A stretch of DNA of 64,000 bases from Octopus vulgaris (taxonomy: Eukaryota). The notes under the pieces are model-generated. The model was not told the DNA's origin. It saw only the letters and a list, made by a program, of their open reading frames with translations, and did not search any database. The first letter of the stretch is position 1. Each line of letters begins with the position of its first letter. Made by a program: the position numbers and the translations under genes. The stretch is from contig OX597818.1 of the NCBI GenBank assembly GCA_951406725.2, positions 75,578,001 to 75,642,000 on the forward strand, given 5' to 3'. Of the stretch, positions 23,921 to 64,000 are shown piece by piece.

Positions 23921-26122
23921 TGGTGAGAGTGTATCCTCAAGGTAAAAAGTGAATGTGAGAGGGAGAACAAGGATAGAGGAATAAAAAGGATGGGTCTGTG
24001 AGTAGATAATTTCGCAAGAGCGTGAAAAGTGTGTGACTGATGATCAGAGATGGGGATGGAGGTGGAGGCAGTGAATATCAGTTTGGGGAGGGGAGAAAAT
24101 AGGAGTGGATAAGGAGGAGGTGATAGGGAACAGTAATAGGGATAAATGTAGGCAGAGAAATGGTATCAATCACAGCACCTGAGGGAGTAGTATGACAGAA
24201 GACTGATTGAGGGATGGGTGTTAGAAGTTGAGTTGTTTCAATAAAGTAGTTTCTACTTAAGACAACCAATGATCAAGAGGGTGGATTAAGCTTATTAATT
24301 AATTATTTGAGGATCTTTCACTTTTTAAAACAAATTATTTCATTACTGTTTCACTCAACCTCTCAGGGGCTGGTAAGATGATGTTACCCTCAACAGCTGA
24401 CAATTTGACAAAATTGTTCACAACAGTTGTACCATTCCAGGAAAACTTCTAAGAACTTTGAGAGAATTTCAATTTGTAGTGCCAATCTCACAAGAAAGAA
24501 ATCCAGATTTCAAAGGTTTGGAGACTTTGGAATTTCAAATAAAGGATTACTTAAATAAGTCCACAAAAAAAACAAACAAAAAAAAAAAAGCAAATTAGAA
24601 TTTTTACAGTTTTAATAAGCACACAATAAGTTAGTTAGTAACTAACTGATTTAATTCAGGATATTGTTTTTAATTAGTTTATTGAAATTAATGGGATTTT
24701 AAAATCTATTAGGTGAAACCTAAGATATTAAATAACACTTTTCTGTTATTGTTTAGCCCTAGTAAACATTAAAGACATCCCAACTATGATCCATTTGTTT
24801 TTGTATATCTAAGACTATCTTCACAAAGTCGTCATCATAATCATCTAACATCTGTTTTCTATGCTGCACCAAGTCAGGAGTTGGCAAGACCATGAGCTGT
24901 ATCAAGTTCCATAGTATGTTTTGACATGATTTCTACATTTGCATACCCTTCCTAACACCAACCGCTTTACAGAGTGTATTGGGTGCTTTTTAAGGGGAAC
25001 CAGCACCAGTGCTTTTTACATGGAACCAGCATGGACGTTTTTTACGCAACACCAGCACCAGTGCTTTTTATGTGGTACCAGCACTAGTGCTTTTTACATG
25101 GCACCAGCACCAGAGCTTTTTCTGTGGCACCAGCACTGACAGGGTCGCCAAGTACCTTGCAAGATAAAAATCCCTAATATGGGAGTGGGAAGTAGTATTG
25201 AGGGGGTGTGACTTTGTGCCAGTTGAGAGGTTAAACATACAGAGGGATAGAGATAAGTGTAGAGTAGATACATGGATATCCCAGTTGGAAGAGAGTAAGA
25301 TAAAGAGGATGAGAGATGATGGTGAAGATGTGTTGGGGATATGTCCTCAAGGGACCTTAGAGGGAAGTGTGAATAGGTGAAGCGATTCTCCCTCAACTCC
25401 ATATTCCTCAGCCTACAGGCATCCCACTCACTTAAGACATCCTTGCCACATTCACTTGCCTTTCAACAAATTTATGGTGAAGACAGCACATTCATCTCAA
25501 CCCTTATCTTCTTTTTTAGATGGAATTTTAAAATGTCAATCAGACTTTGACTGAAGAGCAAAGGGTCTATCTTCAGTCCTTTCAGTCTCGTCCACTACCA
25601 ACATCTTTTTGCCAGCAGGAAATAATAACAACCACTGTGAAAATATTTTTAAAATACCTCAAATATGGAAAATGAAGCAAAATATTTTTCAAAGGCAAAC
25701 AATAATTCTGTTCTCTCATATTCACATATCATTACTACAAATGATTTAACGATCATTTATAGAATTTATTCAGAAGTTATACGACATGTTTAGGACAATT
25801 TAACTCCTAAAAATGTTACATTACTTTTCAAAAATTTTGACACCAACGTGATAATTGCATTAAAAAGGCTAAATAATATTTTTAAAAAAAATTGTCGTAA
25901 CATCTAAAATAAAATATTCTACGAATTTTTGAAATCATACAAACAGTTTTTTATTTAATTACCGATTGTTTAAAGTAATCTCAGTAGTATATAACAATGT
26001 AAGTAAGTAAAACAGTAGTATATAACTATGTAGTTAGTAAAACAATTACGTTGCGCAAAATATAGTTTCGTTTGCGATATTACAATCCAGTTTTTAGTTG
26101 TACCCTCCCGCTACATCTGTTA

Positions 26123-26134
26123 TTTGGCGCCAAA
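26123..26134. promoter_or_regulatory. Palindromic E2F site TTTGGCGCCAAA, ending 27 bp before the POLE ATG
   Basis: Perfect double TTTSSCGC match in a locally CpG-enriched patch. Nearby E2F-like CTCCCGC (~26105-26111) and TTGCGCAAAA (26051-26060). POLE is a classic E2F-regulated S-phase gene. Confidence 0.7.
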
Positions 26135-26161
26135 TGCAAGATCATAGTTACAATAACAAAC

Positions 26162-62677
<36,516 letters not shown>

Positions 62678-64000
62678 TAAACCCCCCCCCCCCCAGCATG
62701 GTCACAACTCACCAACTGCAACCAGTACAAAAATATTCTTTAATTATTCATTTGCTCTTCATTGTCATCACCACTTTTTTCCTCCTTTGCTAGCTTTGAA
62801 GTATTCATTGGTGATTAATATATATTATTCCCCAGTTTTACATCTCTTTTTTTTTTTTTCTGTTTACATGGAAGATGTGTGGCTTGGTGGTTAGAGATAT
62901 TGGGTTTGCAATCAATAAGGTCGTGGTTTCAATTCCTAGACTAGGCAATGCCTTGTTTCCTTAAGTAAAGCACTTCATCTCATGTTGCTCCAGTCTACTA
63001 TGCTGAAAATGAATACCAACTGACTACTGGTGCAGTCTTTTCTCCTCCCATCTGTTGCATCCTTGATGTTCTGCTGGCTCAAGAGTGAGACAACTGAAAG
63101 GATCACTATAATTATATGTAGACATATGCATATATATATGCATATAGACATATATATATAATTCGTGCATGCATGTAAACACTCATACACACACACACAT
63201 ACATATATGTATTTCAGTATCATGCATCTCAACATGTATGTATGGATTTCTACATGTAAATGTGAGAAAGGAGTGATTATAGATGGGTACTACTGAGTGG
63301 AATCTGTGTGTTACCCCATTCAGATTAAAAGTTGTTTAGAATTTGCTGCAGAAAGTGGTGTTTGCGGTGGTGGTGAATGAGGTAGGCACTAGGAATTGGC
63401 TTGGGTGCCACGTGGTTGGCAGCCCTAAAAAGTTTGGGAACCACTGTTCTTCATGGTCATTTTAGATGCTAGAAATAGCAACCTAATATCCTTCAAACAC
63501 ACCTTACCATCTTTTAAAAAAAGGGAATGTCTTGGACACTATAGTTTGAGTACACTATATCTTGTGGCAGGGAAAAATAGATGGGATTGTCACAACTGGA
63601 ATATCTTTGAGTACAGGTTTCCTCTACAACAGTTAGAACAATGCCCCTTCTAACCTGTAAATACAGGTATCCACTGTGTTATGGAAACTTTACATTTCTG
63701 AAAATCTTGCCTTAATGTGAAACTCATTTTTCATTAACTTTCATATAACATAGTCATTTGGAAATATGTTTTATGTTATGAAGCTCATTGTTATGGTGAG
63801 ATTTTCTGAAAGACAATGCTTAAGATTCATCAGGTGGCAATGATTGTAGGGTACCTGTATTCAACTGTGAAAGTAGAAGGTCTTTAGTTCTGTCAGAGCA
63901 AACTGGAGCAAGGAAAGTTATGTACCTTGGTCAGCAACATAACAGACAGACAACTGTATGAACTGAACTTACGATTATGATGGATAGAAACCCCGCACCT

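Noticed and set aside
24300-26000. Divergent minus-strand gene sharing the POLE promoter (as PXMP2 does in human)
   Set aside because: The minus-strand frames I translated (~24360-24560 and ~25500-25660) hit early stops, and no recognisable peptide was found.

Overview
This is eukaryotic, AT-rich, microsatellite- and transposon-dense animal DNA. The RTE LINE and SINE repeat families point to an octopus (cephalopod) genome; that assignment is an inference. One protein-coding gene is well supported: the 5' part of POLE (DNA polymerase epsilon catalytic subunit), + strand, 18 coding exons from 26162 to 62652. All 18 join in frame through GT-AG introns, a perfect E2F palindrome lies just upstream, and the gene continues past the window. 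The rest is nested mobile DNA: RTE and CR1 LINE fragments, tRNA-derived SINEs, two non-autonomous Helitrons, a decayed hAT transposase, a DD37D-type mariner relic, MITEs, a solo LTR and a U6 snRNA pseudogene. A Neptune-type Penelope-like element sits in the centre of a ~4.9 kb palindrome. The most interesting signal is a set of hammerhead ribozyme (HHR) motifs. The best is an apparently intact type I HHR inside a 333-bp, highly structured, partially tandem non-coding element (23153-23612) that looks like a Penelope-mobilised retrozyme able to make a circular RNA. At least five further loci carry HHR or HHR-variant motifs in Penelope-like pseudo-LTR remnants at (TA)n/(TG)n tracts, including U3-A8 covariant cores and a crippled sense-strand copy in a POLE intron. 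All calls were made by eye; no database searches were run.
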